Shown: piece by piece, positions 23,781-37,519 of the stretch
Position numbering within the stretch: position 1 is the first letter of the stretch
Layout of the letters: each line of letters starts with the position of its first letter
Assembly: GCF_006345805.1 (NCBI RefSeq)
Contig: NC_043003.1
Location: 41,292,001-41,356,000 of the forward strand
Reading direction: 5' to 3'
DNA: 64,000 nucleotides
Source: Octopus sinensis
Lineage: Eukaryota
The notes under the pieces: model-generated
Databases searched by the model: none
What the model was told of the DNA's origin: nothing
Seen by the model: only the letters and a program-made list of their open reading frames with translations
Made by a program: the position numbers and the translations under genes

Positions 23781-25124
23781 ATCTATTTTATATATAGTAT
23801 GAGAAGGAAAGATACATTCTACTCCGAGAGATGTATTCCAAGATTAAAGTGTCGTAAGTAAATAACATCAACGTTTATATCAGCAGTTGATTATTAATAG
23901 TAGATGTAAATATATTTAAACATATTTTGTGTCTCACGGGAAATTTTTGTTAAGAATCTCAACCTTTTCAGAAGACGGTTATGTAATTTTATCTCATAAA
24001 ATATTGCACTATATATTCATCATTAGAGAGCGGGAAGCAGAAATGTTATCGATTCCAAGGTGTTTCCTATTTAGTTTTGTCTTCTTCTAAGTATGATCAA
24101 TTATTCCATGCTTACATAAAGGTACAGGAGTCATTTTGCTCATCCAGGAAATACACATACATAAACTCACACTCATGTGCGCACACACAAACATACACAC
24201 TCACAGACGCGCGCACACATACACACAAACACATACATACACTCACATACACAAACACACACCCTCATCTATATACACAAAAGTCTTCCACACATTATTA
24301 GTCGAGGAATTTTCAGTCAAATCTCATTAGTCAATCTCAAGTGAAATTAGAAGTTACTTCCTACTGTGCCATACCGGCGGATCAAACCGGATCCACGTGG
24401 TTCAGAAGTGAAATTCTTAATCATACATACATGCCTATGTGTTTGTATATCTATCTATCTATTTATCTAACTGTCTGTCTATATATGTATGCGTGTGTGT
24501 GTTTGTGTGTGTACACATGTATGCGTAGACGTACACAACCACACAAAATATATAAGAAATACACATCTAAGCCCAGTTCCTGATATAAGCTTTAATATGG
24601 CTTTAAATCTTTTCCTTCTTCCACTCACGAATTCCTTATCTGCAAACTTTCGCTAACACTAAATAACATCAACTCTTCTCTCTCCTGTCAGATGTTCTCC
24701 CGATAACGTCATCATTGACGCAAGCATTTGACACACACAAATACACACATAGATACACACTACAAGTATACATACACACACTCTCACAAACACACACTAA
24801 TATACATACACTCTGTGTTATCTATCAGTCACAATGACGATAAAACAGAAAGAGGTGTAAATAGAAAGATTTAGATAACAAAAATATATTTTAACTAAAA
24901 ATCTAAAAAGGCCAAGAAATAAATAGTTGCAACAATAATAAATTTCTTTTCCTTGCTTCTGTTTATTTAAAGTTTCCTTAATCACTCTGTCAGTCAAGAT
25001 GTTTACAACTTGTGTGTTTACATTGAAATTTATATATTACATGGGTTGTCTGAAGTACGTTCTGTGGTTTTGCAACTTCTAGGTATAATGTTGGTGGAAA
25101 TTTTTTTCTAAATTTCATTCGGGT

Positions 25125-25166
<42 letters not shown>

Positions 25167-25929
25167 TAGTTTATAAGTAAGAGTTTGTGGTTATTGGTGA
25201 TACGCATCGCATCTTGTTTATTTTTATTTTAAATGATGTTTTCGTTCATTTTATAACCGGGTGTAGTATAATATATGTGAGTGGTATATTCTTACTTGGT
25301 GCTGCATCAGTTATAACGGTGTGTAAGAAGTTACCCCGTTTAATCTACAGTTTGATGTACTTACCAATTCGAGGTCACGGTGTTAATGTTGGTTAACCCG
25401 TAAGATGTACTTCTTTTTAAATTTCTAGTGGTCCTGTGTCTGTGTCTAAAGTGCATCCAGTCGTTAGACCTTGCTTCGGGTGTTCCACGGATTTGAGGAG
25501 TGTGGAACATGGAAGTGAATCATAGTAATACAAATCCAGAGAAACTTCTTACACTGGGAAAGAAATGTACAGTTTTTGGCCAAGTTTTTATAGCAAAGAT
25601 GTTGGTAAAAATGTTGCCAACTTAGCCAGTTTCTGGTAAAATTTCTAGGAATTTTCCGAAGATTGCGTGATATATCCGCCTGGCATACCGATTGCGGAGC
25701 ACTGTCGTAACTGACATGAATAAAACAAGCCTGAACTCACATACAGGCAGTGGTGAGTTCAGACATGAATATGTAATAATCTACGAGATAATGTCATTGC
25801 TGGAAAAGTAGTTCACTAGTTATATAAGACATTTTAAGGTATATTAATCAAATTCTTACAACTGATGGCACTCATCCGTAAACGTCAATAATTCTCATTC
25901 ATATACCACGCAGAAATATCCTTCGGGAG

Positions 25930-26400
25930 GTCACTGTTTATAGCAGACGTATTCAAGTTATACTCATTCATTGGAATTGCTAATCTCAAGCGCTACACGG
26001 TTATTAGCTAAACTATTAAAGTAATCTCTAAGTTCGATGATGTCAAAACACTTCAATAAGTTTCTAGGGTAATATACCAGTGGGCCTATGAAATCATTAT
26101 GTAATTCAATACTAACAAGTTTTAAAGACTCATTTACAATCTCTCTCAGCAGACCACATGGAAAGGCACAGCTATGAAGCAATACAATCCAATAACCAGA
26201 ATCATCTTGCGACCCGGGAATTAAAATTATTAATGACGCAGCGTTTATAAACACAATAGTCAGATGGGTGGAAGACTAAAAGTATGGAGAACACTTTGGA
26301 CAACAAAATTAAGGAACATATTGTCATTTGGAAAACGATCTTTGTAAATCATGTTCCCAGCTCAAAGTGTCAAGATTATTGTCGGTAATTCAACAGTGCT
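25930..26400 (+). pseudogene. Very decayed Penelope-like RT remnant
   Basis: LFIADVFKLYSFI (DVxSLYTNI-like, 25934), KGTAM (26162) and ..IVIWK (26318) appear in the expected order with many stops. Confidence 0.35.
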
Positions 26401-27072
26401 GTAAAAGAATATGGTCCATGCAACAGCTTAATCACTCCCTAGATTTAAGGAGACACTCCTGATATATATTAGTGCATATACCAATTATGTGCATCAGTAA
26501 TCTATCTCAGGAAAATATTAGAAGTTACACGAAAGCTATGTAAATCCAGTATTGGGGTGTGTTGCATGCTGCCAAACTTTACATAGTTTCTGGATGGAGT
26601 TAGCACTGAATTGGTTGCCAATCAATATATATTCGCAAAACGTACTAGGATCGCGCACATCTGTCCATAAAAACAAAAGTAAATAACATTTTAGGTTCAT
26701 GTGAATCTAGTATCAGGAAACTCACTCTTCAAGAAACATCATTCGTAGAATAACAATGTTAGTTTGGGCATAAAATACTGAGTGTAATAAGCAAGTGGAA
26801 ATAAACAAAAAGGAGAACGAATATATAAATGTTGTGGATTTGTATGGATGTGTGTGTGTGTGTCTGTGTAGCCAAGTGTGACTCGGTGTCAGCAAGACGC
26901 ATCATTTAGCTATTGGTGTTAGGTGACCTAATGATATAGACACATATATAGATATATAGAGACACACATGTATATCTCTCAAAATATCTTTCAATTTCAG
27001 TCTTTCTGTGTGTACACACGCACACATAGTATATATATATATATATATAATATATATACATATAAATATATA

Positions 27073-27104
<32 letters not shown>

Positions 27105-27848
27105 CATATATATGTATGTATGTATAATATAGAATATAATATATATATAATATATACATATATATAATATACATACATATATATATGAGAATAGATGAGA
27201 GAGAGAGAAAGAAGAGAAGAGAGAGACCGAGAGAGAGAGAAGAGAGAGAGAAAAAAAAGAGAGAGAGAGTGAGAGAGGGAAATTTATGCGAGTGTGCGTG
27301 TGGGTGGGTGGTGGGGTGAACGTTTACCGACGTTTTATCAAGTTCACTTTATCCGCATTTGACAGCCATTGCCCCGCCCCTATCTCAACGATCACAATAT
27401 CATACGTGATGAAAGACTTATCGTCTGACCTCTCACATTTGATGAAAGTTGTCTGATTTGAAAGTAGGTTCTTGTCCGTTATCTGATTTTATTCCTCCGC
27501 TTATCACTCATTTCACTTCTCATATGATGTCTGTTCTCATTCTGTCACACTCACATTTAACCACATGCGCTCATATATTTAGTCTAATTCAATTTAAAAT
27601 TTACAGATAAGTCAATCTTTTGAGGGCTGCGCTCGATCTTATTGCATTCGTATGTAGAACCATCACGCAAATTTGAAACTGAATCTCATCTATGAAATAT
27701 CTTGCGCTAGGATACGTAAAACGTATTCATTTACAATTTATTTCATTTGGTACTTTTGTGGTTATAATTCTTGTAGTTATAGACTCGTAAATACTTTTCT
27801 ATTGAGAAAAACACACTAATAAATATGGGAAAAAACCCAATTGAATAG

Positions 27849-28133
27849 AAATGGTTTCCGCGGAACATTATTAGAAGCATATTAACAGGGGAGCGGTATG
27901 ACAGAACGTCGCGTAGCTGCGACCATTTACGGTACCAAGATATAACAGCCACAATGTCAATTGAGGTTTCATTGTTATCGGATATTGTTACGTACAATAA
28001 TGCACAATTCAGGTACGGCCATCCATTTCATTCGATAATCACTTTGTCAAATTTGTGGTCCTTTGCCAAATACTGGGACAATGGTGTGCACCTAGGGCAG
28101 GAAGTATTACAGAAGCTTCTGTTAACAATTTGA
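27849..28133. other. Unassigned coding-like island
   Basis: 94 stop-free codons on plus; the codon-aligned minus frame has one TGA over more than 130 codons. No confident homology. Confidence 0.2.
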
Positions 28134-28149
28134 GACCATATGAGAAAAT

Positions 28150-28272
28150 GAAGTGAATAAATATCAGGCTTAAACGCAAAAATAAGTACCGGAGTCGATC
28201 CGGTCGACTAAAATTCTTCCAAGCAGTGCCCGAGCATGGCCACAATCTAATGACTGAAAGTATCAAAAGAAT
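28150..28272 (+). mobile_element. SINE family A tail fragment
   Basis: aataagtacc..gagtcgatcc..cgagcatggccaca..atgactgaaag..aaaagaata matches the family A tail. Confidence 0.7.
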
Positions 28273-28352
<80 letters not shown>

Positions 28353-28379
28353 CATATATATATATGTATGTATATATAA

Positions 28380-28410
<31 letters not shown>

Positions 28411-28450
28411 TATATATATACATATATATAGCGTCGTACGTACACTTTGG

Positions 28451-28496
<46 letters not shown>

Positions 28497-28818
28497 AACG
28501 GAGAAAAAACAAGAAAAAAAAAACAAAAACGCATGGACGTAGCACATGCAAAGTATTAATAAGACGCTTAGGGAGGAAAGAAGGAAAGGGTATTTTATGT
28601 TTCTTCAGAAACGGGAGACACAGGAAAGTCCAAAGAAAACGGAAAATAGATAGACGGAGGGAAAAAAATCGCCAACAATCCAGATGTTGTAACACTTTGG
28701 AATGTGTGTATATATATATATATATATATGTGTGTGTATATATATATATATGTGTGTATGTGTGTGTGTGTGTGTGTGGTGTGTGTGTGTGTGGTGTGTT
28801 GTGTGTGTGTGTGTGTGC

Positions 28819-28850
<32 letters not shown>

Positions 28851-30199
28851 AAGTGCTGTTTAATTGACAGACTAATCTCAGAACGTTCCTTGGTAGTTCA
28901 AATCTTCAACTCCATGAGAAAACAAAATCGGAGTCAATAGATGTACACGATAGGTTTCTATATATGGTTTGGATTAAGAAAGTTATGACCATAGATCAAT
29001 GCAAATTCAGAGGAACAAGCAAATGATTTTAATGTATTTATGTACGATAAGTTGTATCCTGTTGCTAGATATTCAATTTCACGTTGTTCTATTTCATTCA
29101 GCCATATACATACTGTGATCTCAGACACTTACATGTCATAGAAATTAAGTAACTGGCCCTATGAAGCCTAGGACACGAGAAAACGTTCACCAGAAATTGA
29201 TGATGGTATAATATTGGTAAGGAAGTATGGGTCACGAAAATATTAAGGAGAACAAATTATATTTCACATTCAGCATTTTTAAGCTTTCGACCTATACAAT
29301 AAATGGTTACACGTTATATTACTATTTGCTATAAATCTATAAAATTTAATTAACTATTGTTTTCATTTTCTTTTCATATGTCACTATTTTATCATTTTTA
29401 GCATTAATGTAGTTCTGCATATATAAAACTACGAAATTCAATTTATATTAGACAAAGAGAGAGAAAATTGCACGAATGGCAGTTTCATTAATATGTATAA
29501 TCATATTTTTCCTTTTTTTTAGTCTGTAATTCTTTAAAGTATCTCAGACATTCGGCTGCCACTATTCTCTGGCACCACCTATAAAGGTTAAGTGGAACAG
29601 ATCGATTCCAGTACATACCTTTGAATACGAATTCACTCTTTTTTTGCTGAACTGCGCTACTTACGTGTCAATCATTATGCAGACAAATACAAGCGCGCAT
29701 GCACACACACATATACATACTTGCATATGAAAGCCGAGAAAACAATAGTAAAAGCCGGAGAGACAAATATGAAAACGAGGAATTAACATATCTTCAACAT
29801 TGGGAGAGAAGTGCTCTTTAGTTCTCCACTTATGAATCTCATTTCAAAAACGAGTACTCCACCGAGAACCCATTCCCGAAGAAAGTTAAAATCCACAAAT
29901 CCCATTCGCAACTGATTAAATTATATGGAAATTATAGTCACCAGTACCGTAAGGACAATTCAAGACGACTTCGACTACAAAATAATCCACCTAAATGAAT
30001 CGAAGTTTTCACTCCAACTGGGCTGAACTTTCTCCGAAACCGAAGACATTCCCAACGGATAAAAAATATCAATTAAAATGGCAATTACAGAAAGAATCAA
30101 GCACAATCCAGAACAACAAATGTGCAAAATCAATACAAAAGGGGACAAGTTAACAGAGAAAATGTCCTCGGATATGTAAATAATAACAAAAGGAAAACT

Positions 30200-31870
30200 T
30201 TGAAAAATTATTTTCTAGATCTAACCCACAGAGTTCTCGGCACCAGATGATACAAATCGAAGATAATTTAGCTGTCTAAAAAAGCTCTCTCGGTAGAAGA
30301 AATTGATATTTCGTCAAAAGACTTAAAATTTAATCCAACACCACAGCACCCTAATTGCAATAAAATACATAACGATATTTCACAGCTGCGTAGAAAACTA
30401 CGCCTAACAGATGAATTGTACGATAAAGAAACCTGGGGTGAATCAATTGTGAGAAACAAGAGCAATTACAAGCGTACGAAAGGTAAGAATAAACTTTTAG
30501 ATAAGTTTTGCGATTTTATAGCTATCTTCCCTAATAAAGAACTTCCACACCCTAAAATCAAGCCCAGTACAAGTCGAAAGTTAAGGGATGTTATACATGA
30601 ACTGAAAAGAAAAGAATAACGACACTATAATCAAGGATGCAGATAAGGGAAGAGCTATAGTTATTATGGATACTGAACACTACAAAAGAGATACAGTAAT
30701 GACTGGGTTTGTGATGGTGACAAAAGTTGCTCCAATTTACGCCACTCTAGTCATGGCATACATGCCCGTCCAGATATATCGACAATCTAAATTAATGTAG
30801 TGCTTGAACTTCCACAAATATGTACCAGAAAACTGGAAACGTTACTTAGATGACTGCCTAATCCTTTGGACGCACACATTTGAACCACTTATTGATTCGA
30901 AAAATCTAATCAACAACATAAGCAATGGTATCAACTTTACCATGGAATACAGTAAAACTCCACTACTATTCCTGGACATACTAAGCATCAGTAGAGATAA
31001 AAATATGGAAACCTATTCACTACAAACAAACAGATGTGAAACAATGGTTACTGCTCTGCTCATGCTATCCCAAACACATGCAGAATAATATCCCCTTAAT
31101 CTTGCAAGAAGAATATGCACAATTGTCTCAAAGCATGAAACGTGCAATAAAAGGTCCAGGAACTAAAACAAGTATTATTTAAAAGAAAATATCTATTAAT
31201 ACTAATAGACAGCGGAATAGAAATTGTCAAAGCAATAAATATAGAAGGACTACGAAAAACGCTTTAGATACATCCAATACTCTACCCTTTATTACAATAC
31301 ATAACCCAAGAAGCACAGATGTTTAAAATATCATCTACCAGGACATCCCACTAAAGAAACAAGACTCAAGAATAAAACGAGCATTCGAAATACACAAAAT
31401 GATCAAAAGTAAATGACAATGAAAGTCCCTCAAAAAATCCTCACAAGTGCTAAATTACCTTCCACAATTCCTACACCAACAATCAAAATGTGTGGCCGTC
31501 CCGTGTGGGACCTAATTCAACCTTTTTGAAAAAACATCATACAAATTCAAATCAGGGCAGACTTTTACCGCAAAAAATATCAAGGAATTTGATATACGCT
31601 ATAAAATGTCAAAGATGTAATGAAGATTACATAAGTCAAACAAAGCTTACTATAAGAAATAGACTGACCATTCGCCAACAACAAATACGAGACCCCACAC
31701 GAGACAGATTCCTCTGAGTGGACACATAGACATATGTTAAAAAAATAAGTCACCTAAATTCCAAGTCTTCCCACTCTGCCTATGTTCAGCGAATACCACA
31801 GATGAAGCACGGATAAACAAAGAAAATATTTTCAGAGGAAAGTACAAGCCAAGACTTAACAAACTTTAAC
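30200..31870 (+). mobile_element. Penelope-like element (RT, Cys linker, GIY-YIG), decayed with an internal RT deletion
   Basis: KDLKFNPTP; IIKDADKGRAIVIMD; VAPIYATLVM; WKRYLDDCLILW; FTMEYS..LLFLDI; NIPLNLARRICTIV; KMCGRP.CGT; NLIYAIKCQRCNEDYISQT..IRNRL. Confidence 0.92.
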
Positions 31871-32099
31871 AGAGTACATACACAAATAACTATTCACACA
31901 CAAAATTCGTTCTGCTACGTATCATAATGAAGCTATACGGCTAACAACCTAAACTTTAGCCATCAGACTACATACAAACGAATCCTCTCCACTCTCCCAC
32001 CAGACACATTAAATTTGGAGTGCCTTGATTATAACTAAACGTGTTCACTCAACTTCCATTTTTCCTATATTACTACACGTGTGTAGTAAAATAACTTTG

Positions 32100-32144
<45 letters not shown>

Positions 32145-32437
32145 CATATATATATATAATGATAATAATAATATTACGGAGTATAACTACAAACTTACAG
32201 GAGTGATTATACTTTTAAATTGAATTGTTTTTGGATTAAATTTAAATTTAATTGTAATTCGAATTGAAGTTATAGCCACGAAAAGTATATAGTCTTTTTA
32301 CTTATTATATGTTTATTCATTATTATGTACTTTTTGTGATCTAGATATATGTTTTACAATATATTTCATTTTTTGTATATGATATGGTTTATGTCTATCA
32401 TTGTTTGAATTACATAATAGCGTTTTTTCTCTAATTT

Positions 32438-32663
<226 letters not shown>

Positions 32664-33037
32664 TAAAAACACATTCTCACAAACACATCCATGCATATAC
32701 ATAATACACACATACATAACACAACGTTGATATACTTTACGAACGCCATAGTACTGCAGTGTTCGTCTTTAGCAACGATGTCGCTATCGATGGGCACCTT
32801 TGTATCTGATACTTATATTTCTGAACTTTTTAGCACTATTCGTCTACACAATATAGTTTCTCAAGACGTATACAGCATTATTATTGCGTTCGTAAATTTT
32901 AAGAACGTTATGCAAGTTATAAAGATGGCTATTACGTTAATACTGATTCCGTCGTTAATAACCCTGCTCTCACTCTTTCTCTCTCTCTCTCTCACTCTTT
33001 CTCCGACACACTATCTAGCTATCTATCGATCTTTATG

Positions 33038-33088
<51 letters not shown>

Positions 33089-34519
33089 CACACACGCGCA
33101 TAAACACACTCACACACATATATTTATAGATGGATGTATAAATAAAAAGATAAAAAATTATATCTTTTCTGACGATAAAAAATCTGCCACCGTCTTTCAT
33201 TATATTCAGATATATCAAGTTATAAATCATTCATGCCTCCTGTTCATGTAAAGGGAAATGGTGGGGGTAAACCTCATGAAGATATGATGATGACATACCG
33301 ACAAAGTAATTGATATTTCTGTCGTCGAAGAAAACAAAAATAAAAACGCAAACGAGAGCATTGTCGTTTTTTTTATCCTCGGGACCTTAATGGTTGTGTT
33401 TAAAAATCGTATATTGTTGGATTGTGACGGGTTTGGCTAAATAGCTTTCAAGTGAATTAGCCGTATAGAAATGTGAAAGGTTAGTTGATATCAGTATTTA
33501 TAATATGAGTTAAATTATGCCTGCCTGCTTGATGACACGAGGACATATCTGTTTCAATGTGTAAGGTATATTTTTGAATATACCAATCTCTTTGTTTAAG
33601 TTGTATGTTTAGTACTCGACTTACCAAATTGTGTAAATCTGTATTTACATCTTGAATTATGTATGCGCGCATTTATATCTACAGGTACATATGTATATGG
33701 GATAATGTCTCTGTGTGGGGGGATTATGCAGCCATTTAGACACACGCACATACAAACATACACACACATACACACACACAAGTAGCTTGTCACGCTATAA
33801 TTTTCCATTGTACCGTCTGTCTGTTACCTTTACTTTCCGTATGGCCGTGTGTTTACTTACGCTAGTTCCTCATGATATTCTAACAAATATTCCATATCAC
33901 TTCTCCATGTTCGAAATAATATTGCACCTGCAACCTTAATGACATCTAGAAAAAGGTAAATTACTTAGTAGTGAGAGTATTAAAGAATAATTTGAGATGA
34001 ATTACGAAACAGGTGACAATCTTATTCTAGAAGTTCGCCACAGTTTTCGTTTCCTCTTTCTGTTTTACTGAGAAACCCATTAATATTTTATAATATCCGT
34101 GTAATATCCGCTACGTTATTCACACTTGTAGCAATTAAACAATTTATTATCATTAGTTTTTTCGTTGATTTATGTTACTGGTTATATATCCAGTTTAATT
34201 ATTTTCTCTCTCTAACCACATCTCTAGAGTAGAGCTGAGGAACATTTTGTAATTTTGAAATATATGCAATTTTCTGTTTTACGTATCTATTTTTACTTTG
34301 CATTGAGAACTATCGGGTCATGTGCTAGGTAATGACTCGCTATAACATTATTACCCCAATTAAACAATCAATATTATTTCATGGTATAGTATGTTACAAA
34401 ATAATATATTTTGTTGTTTCTTTTTTCTGCATAGGGCCACTGTAGGAAAAAAATGGCTTACTGACTACAGACACCTATAGGATAAGTGAAATATTGAATG
34501 TTCAGTACAAAACATGTTT

Positions 34520-35585
34520 CCACAACTCCGTTGGAACACTTGCAGATAGCTATGCCTGATGAGTTCTTCGGCATCATAGCTCTACACAAACAGGTGGCAG
34601 TTATGGATTACATCGAAATAGAGGAACTGATGAAATATCAACCATTGATGAAACGAAATTAAACTCAGCCACAGTCTCTTATGGATTCCCAGAAATCCTA
34701 AAGAAATGCGACGGGGATCTAGGAAGACCACCATAGATACTCATTCAAAGTTTTCTTGCAACTAGCAGCCTCCCCAGAAAGTTAAAGGAAGGGATATGTT
34801 CTATCTATAAAGGAGGTAGCAGAGCGGATGCTGAAAATTATAGGCCTGTTTCTCTAACTTCACATGTGAGAAAAATAATGCATTGTCAGGAGGAAGCCGA
34901 TCGCGTTCCTAGAAGATAATGCCTTGTGCCCTCACATTCAGGATCACTTCTGCTCAGGAAGAAACTGCCGCATGTAGCTTTCGCAACATTATGACTATGT
35001 GTTGAAACAACTAATGAGTCGGTCAATCGTGGATGTGATGTACATCTATTTTGCTAAGGTATTTGATAAACTAAATGGTGGGATAATATGTGTCAAGCTA
35101 CAGAAACCCGGCATAGTAGGAATACTGTGAAAGTGGTTACATGATTTCTCACAAAAACAGGAGGCAGTAATATCGAATAGAGTGTCCCAGGAAAGTGTCT
35201 CGGAGCCAATGCCGATCATGGTAGCTAGTTCGGATATGCCATCAGTCACTCATACAACTACACTTACTAGATATACTGACGGCACAAATGTCGTACGAGC
35301 GGTAAAGAACCCGTTCGATAAACCTAAATGCCATATACAAATGCAAAAAAATTCCAACCATCCGCTATGAGCTAGTTAATGCCAACTTGGCACAATAAAG
35401 ATACTTTGGTCCCAAAGGAGCAGTAATCTCAGATCCATGTACAGTACGTGAACTGAGGATCAGTATGAGAAACAATGCATCGTTTAACGTGCATATCATC
35501 AAGATGATGGCAATGTGTAGGCAAATGTCCGGATGGATTCTGAGAACTTTCAGAACAAGGGGCCAGGAAATTATGCTGGTTGAAT
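34520..35585 (+). mobile_element. CR1/L2-group LINE RT fragment, decayed
   Basis: IYKGGSRADAENYRPVSLTSHV; VDVMYI.FAKVFDK; RVSQESVSEP (GVPQGSVLGP-like); RYTDGT (YADDT-like); MSGWILRTFRTR. Confidence 0.88.
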
Positions 35586-35645
35586 GGAACACAAAATGGC
35601 AGATTGCTAGGAAGAAGAGACACAAAAAAGAAAGAAGAAAGCAAA

Positions 35646-35690
35646 GGACCACTGATGAGGTCACAGAAGTGTGACGAAAGAACTCTAGCC
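35646..35690 (+). ncRNA. Type-I hammerhead ribozyme candidate with intact core
   Basis: CUGAUGA (35652-58), G, stem II GUCACA-GAAG-UGUGAC (6 perfect pairs), GAAA, minimal stem III AG-AA-CU, NUH site CUC (35683-85); imperfect stem I GGACCA/UAGCC. Confidence 0.7.
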
Positions 35691-35874
35691 GAAATATATT
35701 TAATATGAAATAAAACTGAAGCAAGCGAACACCGAATAAATAGTGTGTGTGTTTTCATTGTCTAAAATTGGCAACATGACCATCCTCGAAGACAACAATA
35801 TCTGTTTCAACTCACGAGTCCACATCACGAATCTTGCAAAACGAATACACAAACGTAAATGTTTGTATGTATGC

Positions 35875-35905
<31 letters not shown>

Positions 35906-35911
35906 TATATA

Positions 35912-36075
35912 TGGCTGGCTTCTTTTAGTTTCCGTCTTACAAATTCGCTCACAAGGCTTTGGCCGGCCCGAGTCTATAGTAGAAGATATTTGTGCAAGGT
36001 GCCACACATTGGGACTGAACCTTGAACGATGTGGTAGGGAAGAAAGCTTCTTACCACACAGCCATGCCTGCGCCT
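35912..36075 (-). mobile_element. SINE family A head only
   Basis: From cttcttttagtttccgtc to ccacacagccatgcctgcgcct; begins at a CA/TA tract. Confidence 0.88.
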
Positions 36076-37013
36076 ATACTGTCTATAGTGCATGCCTGCA
36101 AAGAGGCACAGTACCAATGGTGTCAATCTCGATAGAAATACAGATAGAAATAGATCGCTGAGCTGAATGAATATTTTCCCTCCGAAAATATCATGAAGGC
36201 GAAACTAATGTGCTGTAGTGTGGTACCGAAGAATGGTGGTTGTGACTGAGACACCCGACCCTCAGACATGACCATGGGAATATGGTTTCAGTTATTCAGT
36301 TCTGTTGATCGAACAACTCGATGCTCATCGTCGATATTGACGGTGGGACGATCATAATATTATCATTTCATGGTAGTGAATGTGTTATATATCTCTTAAC
36401 TCTTATCTTGAAATATAGCAGAAAATATTGTCGGAAGAGAGTGGTATGTTATAAGTTGGACAATTTAGATATCGAAAATGCAGCTGAAATCTATATCTAT
36501 TAGTGTATGTTCCAGATATCACTACTAATTACATGCTATTGCGAATAGCACTTGCTATAGATTTTCCATACTATCAGGGTATCATTTTCACACGTCGCTA
36601 TAGAGATATAATTTTCCCCTTGCATATTGAATGGATTTCTCGTAAATTTAACAATCCATCTTCAACCTCGCTTTCAAAAACACTCCTAATCACAAACGAA
36701 CACACACTTAAGCAACAGCGTCAGTACAACCAAACTACCACGTATGTACACACTCAAACTATAATCAAGCATATATATATATATAAGAAAAATTTTAACA
36801 TGTCAAAATTGAATTTCAAATTAGAGAAATCGAATGGCGCTGCTTACCATTCAATGTGTTGCAGGCTTTTGTAACAACATGCTGGTGTCAGAGTATCCGG
36901 TAAGATAATGATTATTATTCTTGTATCCACAGTTTGGTCCGTATAACAGCCATGGCCATCGCACCTTATTTTCGAGAATAGTGCATAACTGGATGGATTA
37001 CACAATATATATA

Positions 37014-37519
37014 CCGTAAATCCTCGAGTATAATCCGCATTTTTTCCCCAAAATTTAAAGGTCAAAATCCCTAGTGCGTATTATATAGGAGGTTAAAAAT
37101 GAAAAATATTTTCGAAGCATTGTCCGAGTTTCTATTTGCAGTCCGGCAATATTTATTCAGACGCATTTTGTGATGTCGGGCGCGAAAATACCTTAAGCTA
37201 AGCCTGAAAGCAATGAAGTCATAATAGAATCATCCATAACTTACAGTTAGCAACATTTATTAAAATAAAAGTATTCTGAACGCAGAATAACATATAACAA
37301 AATCAATTTGCAAACATATTTACATTCCCATATAACAGTTAAGAACATAACCATTATTGTATTACACATGCGCTGAAGTGTTTGTTCGACTACGTGCTGC
37401 TGGCTTAATTACGAACGACTCAAGTTAGAGAAGGGGTGCGCATTATATACAAGATTTAGGTTTTTCAGAGGTACAACCCCCTAAAAATCCAAGGGTGGTC
37501 TATACTCGAGGATTTACGG
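37014..37519. mobile_element. Non-autonomous Tc1/mariner-superfamily (Tc2/pogo-like) MITE, 506 bp
   Basis: Perfect 19-bp TIRs ccgtaaatcctcgagtata / tatactcgaggatttacgg; TA duplication at 37012-13 and 37520-21; no ORF. Confidence 0.9.

Noticed and set aside
25240-25700. Possible minus-strand GIY-YIG remnant
   Set aside because: Only a faint resemblance, with no recoverable motif order.
34625-34660. ctgatga...gaaac inside the CR1-like element
   Set aside because: Lies in RT-proximal coding sequence, with wrong spacing and no stem I or NUH.
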